Source of the DNA: an uncultured Nocardioidaceae bacterium
GTDB lineage: Bacteria; Actinomycetota; Actinomycetes; Propionibacteriales; Nocardioidaceae
NCBI GenBank assembly: GCA_902805865.1
Contig: CADCUK010000162.1
Coordinates: 8,508 to 72,507 of the forward strand
Direction of reading: 5' to 3'
DNA: 64,000 bases
Under the pieces are notes generated by a model. That model was not told the origin of the DNA. It searched no databases and saw only the letters and a list, made by a program, of their open reading frames with translations. Shown here one piece after another: positions 47,290 to 56,788 of the stretch (position 1 is the first letter of the stretch; each line of letters starts with the position of its first letter). The position numbers and the translations under genes were made by a program.

Positions 47290-47290
47290 G

Positions 47291-48058
47291 TCACAAGGGG
47301 GTCACGTAGGCGGCCGAGATCCCGCCGTCCACCATGAACGTCGACGCGGTGATGAACGACGACTCGTCGGAAGCCAGGAACAGAACGGCGTTGGCCATCT
47401 CCTCCGGCTCCCCGAACCGGCCCATCGGCACGTGCACGAGGCGGCGCGCCGCCCGGTCCTCGTCCGCGGCGAAGAGCTCCTGGAGAAGCGGGGTGTTCAC
47501 CGGCCCGGGGCACAGCGCGTTGATCCGCACCCCCTGCCGCGCGAACTGCACGCCGAGCTCGCGGCTCATCGACAGGACCCCTCCCTTCGAGGCCGAGTAG
47601 GACACCTGCGAGGTCGCCGCGCCCATGACGGCGACGAACGAGGCCATGTTGACGATCGACCCACGCCCCTGCTCGAGCATGTACGGCAGTGCTGCCTTGC
47701 AGCACAGGTAGACGCTCGTGAGGTTGACGTCCTGCACCCGCCGCCAGGTCTCCAGATCGGTGTCCAGGATCGAGTCGTCCTGGGGCGGGTTGATCCCGGC
47801 GTTGTTGAAGGCGATGTCGACCGAGCCGTAGGTGTCGTGCGCGGTGCGGAAGAGCGTGTCCACCTGGTCCTTGTCGGCGACGTCAGTGTGGACGTAGGTG
47901 ACTCCGGGCTCGCGGGCGAGCTCCTCGCCCCTGGTGTCGTCCAGGTCCCCGACGACCACCTGCGCGCCCTCGCCGAGGAACCTGCGCACCGTTGCGAGAC
48001 CGATCCCGGAGCACCCTCCCGTGATGACCGCGACCTTGCCGTCGAGACGTCCTGCCAT
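47291..48058 (-). CDS. short-chain dehydrogenase/reductase
   Basis: TGGCSGIG, NNAG, YSASK, CPGPVNT. Confidence 0.93.
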   Translation of the reverse strand: MAGRLDGKVAVITGGCSGIGLATVRRFLGEGAQVVVGDLDDTRGEELAREPGVTYVHTDVADKDQVDTLFRTAHDTYGSVDIAFNNAGINPPQDDSILDTDLETWRRVQDVNLTSVYLCCKAALPYMLEQGRGSIVNMASFVAVMGAATSQVSYSASKGGVLSMSRELGVQFARQGVRINALCPGPVNTPLLQELFAADEDRAARRLVHVPMGRFGEPEEMANAVLFLASDESSFITASTFMVDGGISAAYVTPL

Positions 48059-48087
48059 GTGCCGCATCCTTTCTTGTCGCCTTGACA

Positions 48088-49446
48088 TCAGTCGTTGGCG
48101 ATGAAGACGTTCTTCTCCTCGGTGAACGCGTTGGGGGCGTCCGGCCCCAGCTCCCTGCCGAGCCCCGACTGCTTGAACCCGCCGAAGGGGGTCCAGTAGC
48201 GCACCGAGGCATGGGAGTTCACGCTCAGGTTCCCCGCTTCGATCCCGCGCGAGACGCGCAGCGCACGCCCCAGGTCGCTGGTGTAGATCGAGCCTGAGAG
48301 ACCGAACTCGGTGTCGTTCGCGAGCCGGACCGCCTCGTCCTCGCCGTCGAACGGCATCACCGCCACGACGGGACCGAAGATCTCCTCGCGCCAGATGCGC
48401 GCCGCCGGGTCGTCGGCGAGCAGCACGGTCGGCGCCATCCAGAACCCTGGAGCGTCCGGCGCGCTCCCGGTGAAGGCGACCCGGGCCCCGTCGAGGTAGC
48501 CGCTCACGTTCTCCAGCTGCTGTGCCGAGATCAGCGGGCCCATCTCGCTGTCGGGGTCGGCAGGGTCCGTCACCTTCATGCCCCGGACTGCGGTCTCGAG
48601 CCTCTCGAGGAACTCGTCGTACGCCGAGCGCTCGACGAGGATCCGCGACCGCGCGCAGCAGTCCTGGCCGGCGTTGTCGAAGACTGCGTACGGCGCGCTG
48701 GCCGCCGCCTTCTCCAGGTCGGCGTCAGCGAAGACGATGTTCGCGGACTTGCCGCCGAGCTCGAGGGTCACCCGCTTCACCTGGTCGGCGCAGCCACGCA
48801 TGATGCCCTTCCCCACCTCGGTGGAGCCGGTGAAGCACACCTTCCTCACCAGCGGGTGGGTGACGAACCGCTCGCCGACGACGGACCCCTTGCCGGGGAT
48901 CACCGTGAGGACCCCTTCGGGGATGCCCGCCTCGAGGGCCAGCTCGCCGATCCGGATCGCGGTGAGCGGCGTCAGCTCGGCGGGCTTGAGGACGACGGTG
49001 TTGCCTGCGGCCAGGGCCGGCGCGAATCCCCAGCCGGCGATGGGCATCGGGAAGTTCCACGGCACGATGACCCCGACGACGCCCAGGGGCTCGTGGAAGG
49101 TGATGTCGACTCCCCCGGGGACCGGGATCTGCCGGCCGAAGAGACGCTCGGGGGCAGCGGAGTAGTAGTTGAGGACGTCGCGGACGTTCCCGGCCTCCCA
49201 CCTGGCGTTCGCCACGGTGTGGCCGGCGTTGCGCACCTCGAGCTCCGCGAGCTCGTCGACGTGGTCATCGACGACGCTCGCGAAGCGGCGGAGCAGCCGG
49301 GCCCGCTCCCCCGGCGCGACGTCGCGCCAGACCGGGAACGCGTCGGCCGCCCGCTCGATGAGGACGTCGGTCTCCTCGACGGAGGTCGAGGGAACCTCGG
49401 TGACCGGCTGCCCGGTCGCGGGGTTGACGACGGTGTGGGTGGACAT
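48088..49446 (-). CDS. aldehyde dehydrogenase
   Basis: VPWNFP, FTGST, LELGGKS, NAGQDCC, EEIFGP, PFGGFKQSG. Confidence 0.95.
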   Translation of the reverse strand: MSTHTVVNPATGQPVTEVPSTSVEETDVLIERAADAFPVWRDVAPGERARLLRRFASVVDDHVDELAELEVRNAGHTVANARWEAGNVRDVLNYYSAAPERLFGRQIPVPGGVDITFHEPLGVVGVIVPWNFPMPIAGWGFAPALAAGNTVVLKPAELTPLTAIRIGELALEAGIPEGVLTVIPGKGSVVGERFVTHPLVRKVCFTGSTEVGKGIMRGCADQVKRVTLELGGKSANIVFADADLEKAAASAPYAVFDNAGQDCCARSRILVERSAYDEFLERLETAVRGMKVTDPADPDSEMGPLISAQQLENVSGYLDGARVAFTGSAPDAPGFWMAPTVLLADDPAARIWREEIFGPVVAVMPFDGEDEAVRLANDTEFGLSGSIYTSDLGRALRVSRGIEAGNLSVNSHASVRYWTPFGGFKQSGLGRELGPDAPNAFTEEKNVFIAND

Positions 49447-49494
49447 GGATCCCTTCCTGCGGCAGGTCGTTCAGCGATGGCGGGACGTCGGTGG

Positions 49495-50859
49495 TCAGAG
49501 GCGTTCGAAGCCACGCCGGCGCTCCCAGTCGGTGACGGTGGCACGGAACGCCTCGAGCTCGACGTCGGCCATGTTCGTGTAGTGGTCGACGACCTCGTCA
49601 CCCAGGGTCGCCCGTGCCACCGCCGAGCCCGCGAACGCGTCCCGGGCGTCCCGCAGCGTCTGGGGCACCTTGGGCTGGTCGGAGGTGTAGGCGTTGCCCT
49701 CGATGGGCGGCTCGAGGGGGAGCTCCTGCTCGATGCCGTGCAGCCCACCGGCCATCATCGCCGCAAGGGCGAGGTAGGGGTTGACGTCCCCTCCGGGCAC
49801 CCGGTTCTCCATCCGCGCCGACGGTCCGGAGCCCACGAGCCGTACGGCGCAGGTGCGGTTGTCCTGCCCCCAGCCGATGGTGGTCGGGGCGAACGACGCG
49901 TCCGCGAACCGCTTGTAGGAGTTGATGTTCGGTGCGTAGAGCAGCGTGAAGTCCGCCATCGTGGCGAGCACCCCGGCGATGAAGCTGTCGTAGAGCGGCG
50001 TGCGCCCACCGGCCTCGTCGTCCCAGAACACCGTCGCTCCGTCGACGCCGCGGAGCGACAGGTGGATGTGGCACGAGTTGCCCTCGCGCTCGTCGTACTT
50101 GGCCATGAACGTGATCGCCTTGCCGTGCAGGGATGCGATCTCCTTGGCCACGTTCTTGTACACCGCGTGGTTGTCTGCGGTGGCCACCACCTCGTCGTAG
50201 AGGAAGCCGATCTCGTGCTGGCCGAAGTTGCACTCGCCCTTGGCGGCCTCGACGTTGGTGCCGGCGGCGTACATGGTGTTGCGGATGTCGCGCAGCAGTG
50301 GCTCGATGCGTGTGGTGCCGAGGATCGAGTAGTCGATGTTGTACTGGTTCGACGGCGTGAGCCCGGTGTACCCGAGGTCGTGGGCGCGTTCGTAGGTGTC
50401 GTCGAACACGATGAACTCGAGCTCGGTGCCGGCCAGCGCCACGTAGCCGAGCTCCGCGGCCCGATCGACCTGCTGCTGGAGGATCGTCCGAGGCGACTGC
50501 GTCACCGGGCGGTGGTCGGGCCAGGCCAGGTCGCACTGGATCATTGCGGTCGCCGGCAGGTGCGGGAGCAGCCGGATCGTGTCGGTGTCCAGGACGAACT
50601 CCATGTCGCCGTACCCCTGCTCCCACGAGGTGATGGCGTAGCCAGGGACGGTGTTCATCTCGACGTCGACGCCGAGCAGGTAGTTGCACCCCTCGGCCCC
50701 CTGCTCGAGGACGTGGTCGACGAAGAACGCAGCGTGGAGCCGCTTGCCCAGCAACCGGCCTTGCATGTCGGTGAAGGCGATGACCACGGTGTCGATCTCG
50801 CCCCTGCCGATCCGCTCGGTGAGGTCGTCGACCGTGAGGTGCCTGTTGTTGCGCGTCAT
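49495..50859 (-). CDS. glutamine synthetase-like gamma-glutamyl-amine synthetase (GlnA4 type)
   Basis: DMQGRLLGK, GTELEF, KGECNFGQHEI, GNSCHIHLSL, ENRVPG; cluster matches the glnA4 loci of S. coelicolor and M. tuberculosis. Confidence 0.9.
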   Translation of the reverse strand: MTRNNRHLTVDDLTERIGRGEIDTVVIAFTDMQGRLLGKRLHAAFFVDHVLEQGAEGCNYLLGVDVEMNTVPGYAITSWEQGYGDMEFVLDTDTIRLLPHLPATAMIQCDLAWPDHRPVTQSPRTILQQQVDRAAELGYVALAGTELEFIVFDDTYERAHDLGYTGLTPSNQYNIDYSILGTTRIEPLLRDIRNTMYAAGTNVEAAKGECNFGQHEIGFLYDEVVATADNHAVYKNVAKEIASLHGKAITFMAKYDEREGNSCHIHLSLRGVDGATVFWDDEAGGRTPLYDSFIAGVLATMADFTLLYAPNINSYKRFADASFAPTTIGWGQDNRTCAVRLVGSGPSARMENRVPGGDVNPYLALAAMMAGGLHGIEQELPLEPPIEGNAYTSDQPKVPQTLRDARDAFAGSAVARATLGDEVVDHYTNMADVELEAFRATVTDWERRRGFERL

Positions 50860-50881
50860 GGGTTCCTTTCGGGTGGAGGCA

Positions 50882-51637
50882 TCAGAAGAGCAGCCCACGG
50901 AGCAGTGCCTCGGTGTCCAGGCAGTGCTGCTCCATGGCCCGCCGCGCCTGTGTCGGTCGCCCGGCGTTGATCGCGGTCACGATCGCGCGGTGCTGGGTGT
51001 TGGAGTGGTCGATGTTCACGTGCAGGACCGGGATCACCTGGAGCATGTCGTGCAGGCAGGACTGTACGTCGGTGACGGCGGCGATCGTCCGCGCTGATCC
51101 CGTGACACCGGCGATCGCAAGGTGCAGCCGGGAGTCCGCCTGCCGGTGAGCAGCCGGGTCCGGCGCCCGGTCCACCGCGTCCAGGGCCTCCAGGAGCAGC
51201 GACTGCTCCTGGAGGGAGGGCGGTCGGCAGGCGGCCGTCCAGCACGCGCCGGGCTCGACCACCCGTCGGAACACCAGGCAGTCCAGCAGCTCCTCACGTC
51301 GACCGGCCAGGTCGGGTGGCTCGTCGCCCGCAGGTGCGCGCGGCTCGTAGGCGACGACGGTCCCGCCGCCGCGGCCGCGGGTGGTGCGGACCATCCCTGC
51401 CTCCCGGAGAGCCGCGATCGCCTCGCGGAGCGTGGCCCGGGAGACGCGCAACCGATCGGCGAGCTCCCGTTCCGCGGGGAGCGCGGAGCCGACGGGATAG
51501 ACACCGAGACGGATCGCGGTCGCGAGCTGCTCGACGCACCCCTCGAACGCGTGGTGACCCCGGACGGGCCGGAGGACCACGTCACCGAGGAGGTCGGTGG
51601 CGACCGTGGCCTGAGCCACGTGACGGGGTGGAGTCAC
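50882..51637 (-). CDS. GntR/FadR family regulator
   Basis: LPAERELA...VSRATLREA...RGRGGG HTH followed by an FCD domain. Confidence 0.92.
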   Translation of the reverse strand: MTPPRHVAQATVATDLLGDVVLRPVRGHHAFEGCVEQLATAIRLGVYPVGSALPAERELADRLRVSRATLREAIAALREAGMVRTTRGRGGGTVVAYEPRAPAGDEPPDLAGRREELLDCLVFRRVVEPGACWTAACRPPSLQEQSLLLEALDAVDRAPDPAAHRQADSRLHLAIAGVTGSARTIAAVTDVQSCLHDMLQVIPVLHVNIDHSNTQHRAIVTAINAGRPTQARRAMEQHCLDTEALLRGLLF

Positions 51638-51643
51638 GGCATG

Positions 51644-53245
51644 TCAGCGGAACTCGGGCGCGAGCTCTTCGTCGACGGTGCGGATCGGACCCTTGAACCA
51701 GTGCTTGGCCGAGACCTGCCACCAGATCGTCAGCAGCAGCAGTGCCCCCAAGGTCACGATCGGCGCGTAGTTGACGAACCTCCAGGAGAAGTCCTCGTTG
51801 CCAGGCACTGCGCCGGGCACGAAGGGCATCATCAGGTACAGGGACACGATCAGGATCTCGGCCACCGCGACGAGGTTCATCCACTTGTACTTCGAGCCGT
51901 TGTTCCAGGACCCGACCTTGAAGTCGTCACCCTGCCGCCACCGGAGGAAGATCGGGATCGCGAACGAGAGGTACAGCCCGATCACCGCGATGGACGTCAC
52001 GGCGTAGAAGGCCACCGGCACGATCAACGGCTCCTGCTCCGTGCCGAGGTTCACCTCGATCAGGGCGGGCACCGTGATCAGCGCGCTGACCGCCGCGACG
52101 AGCATGACTGCGTTGGCCGGGACCCGCTTGGCGCTGAGCTTGGACCACAGCGAGGAGCCCGGGACTGCGCGGTCCCGGCTGAACGCGTAGAGCATCCGCG
52201 ACGCCGAGGTCGCGCAGGCGGTGGCGCAGAAGAGCTGGCCCGCGGCGGAGATGAACAGCACCAGACCGGCCCAGTTGTTGCCCATGGACTGCGTGAAGAT
52301 GTAGGCCACGCCACCCGCACCGACACCCGCGTTGTCGGGGTTGCCGTCCGCGGCGTTCGGCACGGCGAACACGACGCACAGGAGAAGCAGGTAGCCGCCC
52401 AGCACCGAGTAGGCGATCGACTGCCAGAGCCCCCGCGCGGCCGCCTTGGACGCCGACTTGGTCTCCTCCGACAGGTGTGCGGAGGCGTCGAAGCCCGTGA
52501 TCGTGTACTGCGTGAGCAGGAAGCCGAACGGCACGATCGCGAACCAGAAGGCGAAGCCCGAGGTGTCGCCGTCGGAGAAGCCCGAGTTGTTGAACCGCTC
52601 GGTGAACACATAGTCGAAGCTCTGGTGCTGGTCGGGGACGAGCAGGAGGATGGCGATGATCGTCGCAGCGCCGAACACGTGCCACCAGACGGAGACGTTG
52701 TTCATGGCCGCCATCAGCTGGCTGCTGAAGATGTTCAGCACCGACGCGAACCCGAGCACCGCCAAGAAGATCAGGAACACCCGCGTGAGCGAGTAGCCGT
52801 CGGCGTACGAGCTCGACCAGGTGCTCACGGTCAGGTCGATGAAGGTGGCACAACCGTAGGAGACGCCGGCGGTCACGGCGATGAGACCGATGAGGTTCAG
52901 CCATCCGGTGTAGAACCCCGCACGCGGTCCGCCGAGCTTCGACGACCACCAGTAGATGCCCCCAGAGGTCGGAAACGCCGAGACCAGCTCGGACATCGTG
53001 AAGCCGATGAGCAGGATCAGCAGGCCGAGGATCGGCCATGACCACGAGACCGAGATCGGGCCGCCGTTGTTCCAGCCCGCCCCGAAGTTCGTGAAGCAAC
53101 CGGCCAGGATCGAGATGATCGAGAACGAGATCGCGAAGTTCGAGAACGCGGACCAGGTGCGGTTCAGGTCCTGGCTGTAACCCAGCTCGTTCAGCTGGCG
53201 CTCGTCGTCGTCGAGCTCCCTCACGTGCTCCGTAGATTCAGGCAT
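51644..53245 (-). CDS. amino acid/amine permease (APC family)
   Basis: NFAISFSIISILAG, ELVSAFPTSGGIY, GFDASAHLSEET, YAFSRD. Confidence 0.93.
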   Translation of the reverse strand: MPESTEHVRELDDDERQLNELGYSQDLNRTWSAFSNFAISFSIISILAGCFTNFGAGWNNGGPISVSWSWPILGLLILLIGFTMSELVSAFPTSGGIYWWSSKLGGPRAGFYTGWLNLIGLIAVTAGVSYGCATFIDLTVSTWSSSYADGYSLTRVFLIFLAVLGFASVLNIFSSQLMAAMNNVSVWWHVFGAATIIAILLLVPDQHQSFDYVFTERFNNSGFSDGDTSGFAFWFAIVPFGFLLTQYTITGFDASAHLSEETKSASKAAARGLWQSIAYSVLGGYLLLLCVVFAVPNAADGNPDNAGVGAGGVAYIFTQSMGNNWAGLVLFISAAGQLFCATACATSASRMLYAFSRDRAVPGSSLWSKLSAKRVPANAVMLVAAVSALITVPALIEVNLGTEQEPLIVPVAFYAVTSIAVIGLYLSFAIPIFLRWRQGDDFKVGSWNNGSKYKWMNLVAVAEILIVSLYLMMPFVPGAVPGNEDFSWRFVNYAPIVTLGALLLLTIWWQVSAKHWFKGPIRTVDEELAPEFR

Positions 53246-53416
53246 CTGCGTCCACCTCTCGGTGCCTGGCGCAGCCTGATAGGGCTGCGACCCACCCGGT
53301 CGACCCGTGTCGGGGCCCTTGTCGCGAGTGTGGAGGCAGCCGCCCGCCGGTGTCAATGGCCGGACTTCAGACCTTTTCGCGAGCGAGACAGCCGGACGTC
53401 ACCCGGACGTCCGGGC

Positions 53417-54649
53417 TCAGGCCGAGGTGCCCGGCTCCATCCGGCTGCCGGCGGGGACGCCGACATCGTTGCCGACAGTGCTGTCGCGGCCCATCAGCAC
53501 GATCTCCTCGTTGCGTGCCATCCGGTTGCTCGACATCGCACCGACGACCGCGTCCCGGCCGATCGCGCACCGCACGTCGACGATGCTGGTGTTGACGCGC
53601 GCACCACGCTCGATCCGGACGTCGCCGAAGATCACGCAGTCCTCGACCAGGGCGCCGGCCTCCACCACGACCCCGGGTCCGAGGACGCTGTCGACGACCG
53701 TGCCCGCGACGTCGCAGCCGGGCGACAGCATGCTGTCCTCGATGACCGCTCCGGTGCGGACCCGGACGGCCGTGCGGTCCTGCCACTTGCTGATGATCGG
53801 CTGGTCCTCGTGGTCGAAGACGTCGACCCGTCCGGCGAGCAGGTCCCGGTGTCCTTGCAGATAGGCCTCGGGACGGCCGACATCCCGCCAGTAGCCGGGC
53901 AACGGGACCGCACGGACCGTCCGCTGGTCGACGAGACGAGGAAGCAGGTGCTCGCCGAAGTCACCGATGCCGCTGTCGTCCCCCTCCGCGTCGGCGGAGA
54001 GCTCGGCCCGGAGGGCGCGCAACGTCTCGAGCAGTGGCTCGGTCTGGTAGATGAACAGCTCGGTGGCGACCACGCCGGTAGAGGGCTTCGACGGCTTCTC
54101 CTCGACGCCCGTGACGATACCGTCCGAGCCGGCGATGACCGTGACGTTCTGGCTCGCCTCCTTCTTCGTCACCTCGCTCGTCAGGACAGTGGCCGCCGCC
54201 CCGGACTCGACGTGCTCGGCAATGATCGGCTCGAGGTCAGCGGCGAAGACGTGGTCCGCGCTGGCGACGACGAGCGTCGGTGCGCCGAATGCCTCGATGT
54301 CGCGTGCCATCCGGAGCAGCAGGTCGCCGTTGCCGTGCGCGAAGCGGTCCTCGGTGGCCGGTCCGCTGCCGGTCTCGGGCACGATCCGGCGAAAACCGCC
54401 GCGGTTGCTGTCGAGGTCCCAGGGCCGGCCGCCGGAGAGGTACTCGTCGATCGAGGCGACCTGGTACTCCACGCTCACCCACACGTCGTGCAGGTTGGCG
54501 TACACCAGCGACGACAGGGCGAAGTCGATGAGCCGGTGCACCCCGCCGTACGGGAGTGCCGGCTTGGCACGCTCGCGCGTCAGCACGTCCATGCGGCCAC
54601 CTGCGCCGCCGGCCTGGACGAGCGCCAGCACTTCACGACGTCGAGCCAT
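53417..54649 (-). CDS. glgC: glucose-1-phosphate adenylyltransferase family protein
   Basis: AGGAGGRM...RAKPALPYGG, ADH, EEKP, GYWRDVG, C-terminal left-handed beta-helix repeats. Confidence 0.8.
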   Translation of the reverse strand: MARRREVLALVQAGGAGGRMDVLTRERAKPALPYGGVHRLIDFALSSLVYANLHDVWVSVEYQVASIDEYLSGGRPWDLDSNRGGFRRIVPETGSGPATEDRFAHGNGDLLLRMARDIEAFGAPTLVVASADHVFAADLEPIIAEHVESGAAATVLTSEVTKKEASQNVTVIAGSDGIVTGVEEKPSKPSTGVVATELFIYQTEPLLETLRALRAELSADAEGDDSGIGDFGEHLLPRLVDQRTVRAVPLPGYWRDVGRPEAYLQGHRDLLAGRVDVFDHEDQPIISKWQDRTAVRVRTGAVIEDSMLSPGCDVAGTVVDSVLGPGVVVEAGALVEDCVIFGDVRIERGARVNTSIVDVRCAIGRDAVVGAMSSNRMARNEEIVLMGRDSTVGNDVGVPAGSRMEPGTSA

Positions 54650-54870
54650 CGGGATCCTCCTCAGGGAGACGTGTGGTCACCGTACTTCGCACCCGACGAG
54701 CAGTGCCCCACCCCCGGAGGGGCGGGGCACCGGTGGGTGCGGGTCCAGTGCGGTACGGGCGGTGGTGGGATCGATGAGCTTTACGCCGTAAGACCGTCGA
54801 AGTCCTACCCCGGGGTCGGCGTAGTATGCGAGTCCCTCACCCTCATTCGTTGTGCCCACCGGGAGGCCCG

Positions 54871-55569
54871 TTGAACCGACCGGACCGGACGCCTCTGTCG
54901 CGCGACCGCATCATCGACGCCGCCATCGAGCTCGCCGACGAGCACGGCCCCAGCGCCTTGACGATGCGTCGGCTCGGTCAGCTGCTCGACGTCGAGGCGA
55001 TGTCGCTCTACCACCACGTCAACGGCCGCGAGGACCTCCTCGAAGGGATGGTGGCGCGACTGGTCGAGAGCGTGCGGGTCCCCTCGCACGAGGAGCTCGG
55101 TCCCACCGACGGCTGGCAGGCGTTCCTCCAGCACGTGGCGCACGAGATCCGTCAGCTCGCCACGGACCACCCCAACCTGTTCCCGCTCGTGGCCACGAGG
55201 CCACCTGCCGCGCCGTGGCTGCGTCCGCCGCTGCGGAGCCTCCGCGTGGTCGACGCGTTCCTCTGCGGGCTGGTGGCCCGCGGCCTCTCGGGCGAGCAGG
55301 CCGTCGGTGTCTACAAGGTGTTCACCGGCTTCCTCCTCGGCCACCTCCTGCTGCAGGTCGCTGAGGAAGGCGCCAGCACCGCACCGCCGCAGGAACCGCT
55401 GGACGAGGGCGACGCCTCGGTGCCGAACCGGGACCAGCAGCTCTCGCTGGACGACTACCCCACCCTTTGCAAGCTCGCCGACGGTCTTCGCACCCACGAC
55501 CCCGACGGCGAGTTCGAGAGCGCGCTCGAGTCCCTCCTCGACCGCCTGGACGGCGAGCTCAGCCAGTGA
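54871..55569 (+). CDS. TetR family regulator with TetR_C domain
   Basis: LSRDRIIDAA...LTMRRLG...VEAMSLYHHV; GGGAGG before the TTG start. Confidence 0.9.
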   Translation: MNRPDRTPLSRDRIIDAAIELADEHGPSALTMRRLGQLLDVEAMSLYHHVNGREDLLEGMVARLVESVRVPSHEELGPTDGWQAFLQHVAHEIRQLATDHPNLFPLVATRPPAAPWLRPPLRSLRVVDAFLCGLVARGLSGEQAVGVYKVFTGFLLGHLLLQVAEEGASTAPPQEPLDEGDASVPNRDQQLSLDDYPTLCKLADGLRTHDPDGEFESALESLLDRLDGELSQ

Positions 55570-55598
55570 CCCTGTGAGCCGGAGCGCGCCGGCGGAGC

Positions 55599-55624
55599 GG
55601 TTATCGCGGATGACGCGGGGGTAT
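55599..55624 (+). promoter_or_regulatory. SigF/SigB-type promoter
   Basis: GGTTA-N15-GGGTAT upstream of the SRPBCC gene. Confidence 0.5.
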
Positions 55625-55670
55625 CCCGCTATCACCGAGATCCGCACCACCGACGACAGGTGAACCAGCC

Positions 55671-56108
55671 GTGAGCGTGAACGAGAAGACGATCCAAGCC
55701 TCCCCGGAGAGGGTCTGGGAGGTGCTGTCCGACGGGTGGCTCTACCCGCTGTTCGTGGTCGGCGCCAGCCGCATGCGCGACGTCGACGAGAGCTGGCCCG
55801 ACGTCGGCTCGCGGCTGCACCACTCCGTCGGTGTCTGGCCCGGGCTGATCGACGACAACACCGAGGTGCTGGCGGTCGAGCCCGGCCGCAGCATCCGGCT
55901 GCGCGCCAAGGGGTGGCCGATGGGCGAGGCCGAAGTGGTCTTCCAGCTCGAGCCCGCCGACGGCGGCACCCGCGTCACGATCTTCGAGAAGCCCGCGAGA
56001 GGTCCTGGGGTGCTCGTCCCCAAGCCCCTCATCGACCCGGTGCTCACCTGGCGGAACGTCGAGACGCTGCGCAGGCTCGCCTACGTCGTCGAGGGGCGCA
56101 CGGACTGA
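55671..56108 (+). CDS. SRPBCC (polyketide cyclase/START-like) protein
   Basis: ASPERVWEVLSDGWLYP...WPDVGSRLHHSVG...RNVETLRRL. Confidence 0.85.
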   Translation: MSVNEKTIQASPERVWEVLSDGWLYPLFVVGASRMRDVDESWPDVGSRLHHSVGVWPGLIDDNTEVLAVEPGRSIRLRAKGWPMGEAEVVFQLEPADGGTRVTIFEKPARGPGVLVPKPLIDPVLTWRNVETLRRLAYVVEGRTD

Positions 56109-56130
56109 GGCTCCCGCGCCGAGCATGAGG

Positions 56131-56160
56131 AAGGGCAGGGCTCCGAGGAGCCCTGCCCTT
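56131..56160. terminator. hairpin terminator between convergent genes
   Basis: AAGGGCAGGGCTCC-GA-GGAGCCCTGCCCTT followed by TCTT. Confidence 0.75.
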
Positions 56161-56196
56161 TCTTGTCGTGCTGACTGCTTTCAGAGACCTGCCGGG

Positions 56197-56706
56197 TCAG
56201 CGCGTGGTGGTGGTGTGGTCGTGGCTCTTGTCGAGCGCCTTCTTGGCGATGAAGCCGAGGGCGAGCATCCCGACGCCCAGCAGCGCGTGCAGCCAGTTGT
56301 CGTGACCGTTGATCGGGACGAAGTTGATCGCGCCCCGGTGGTCGCCGTTGGCGATGAGGCCGTAGACGGTCAGCACCAGGTAGATCACGCCACCGCCGAT
56401 CAGGTAGGTGACCGCCGACCTGGCGTTCTTGGCCATCGCGAGACCGGCCACGCCGAAGAGCAGGTGGACGATGTTGTGGAGCACCGAGACCTCGAAGAGG
56501 CCGAGCAGCAGCGCATGCTCCCTGCCCTTGGGCTCGTGGCCGAAGAAGTTGAGCGGGTAGATGTCCTGGGTGATCCCTGGGACGAAGCCCAGGATGCCGA
56601 CCAGCAGGAACACCGCACCGACGGCCTTGGCGGCGTTGCGGGCCAGGGCACCGGCCTTGTCGGTGTCGGTGCCGTGGGTGGTCGAGTTGGATGGGCTGTG
56701 TGACAT
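56197..56706 (-). CDS. DUF4383 membrane protein
   Basis: VGILGFVPGIT, LLGLFEVSVLHNIVHLLFG, DNWLH; AGGAG RBS. Confidence 0.88.
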   Translation of the reverse strand: MSHSPSNSTTHGTDTDKAGALARNAAKAVGAVFLLVGILGFVPGITQDIYPLNFFGHEPKGREHALLLGLFEVSVLHNIVHLLFGVAGLAMAKNARSAVTYLIGGGVIYLVLTVYGLIANGDHRGAINFVPINGHDNWLHALLGVGMLALGFIAKKALDKSHDHTTTTR

Positions 56707-56788
56707 GGATTCTCCTGATTGATGGAGGGGGTGCGCATGGTTTGTACCCCCGTGGTACCCATTCGGCGGCCTGGCAAGCCTGGACTGG

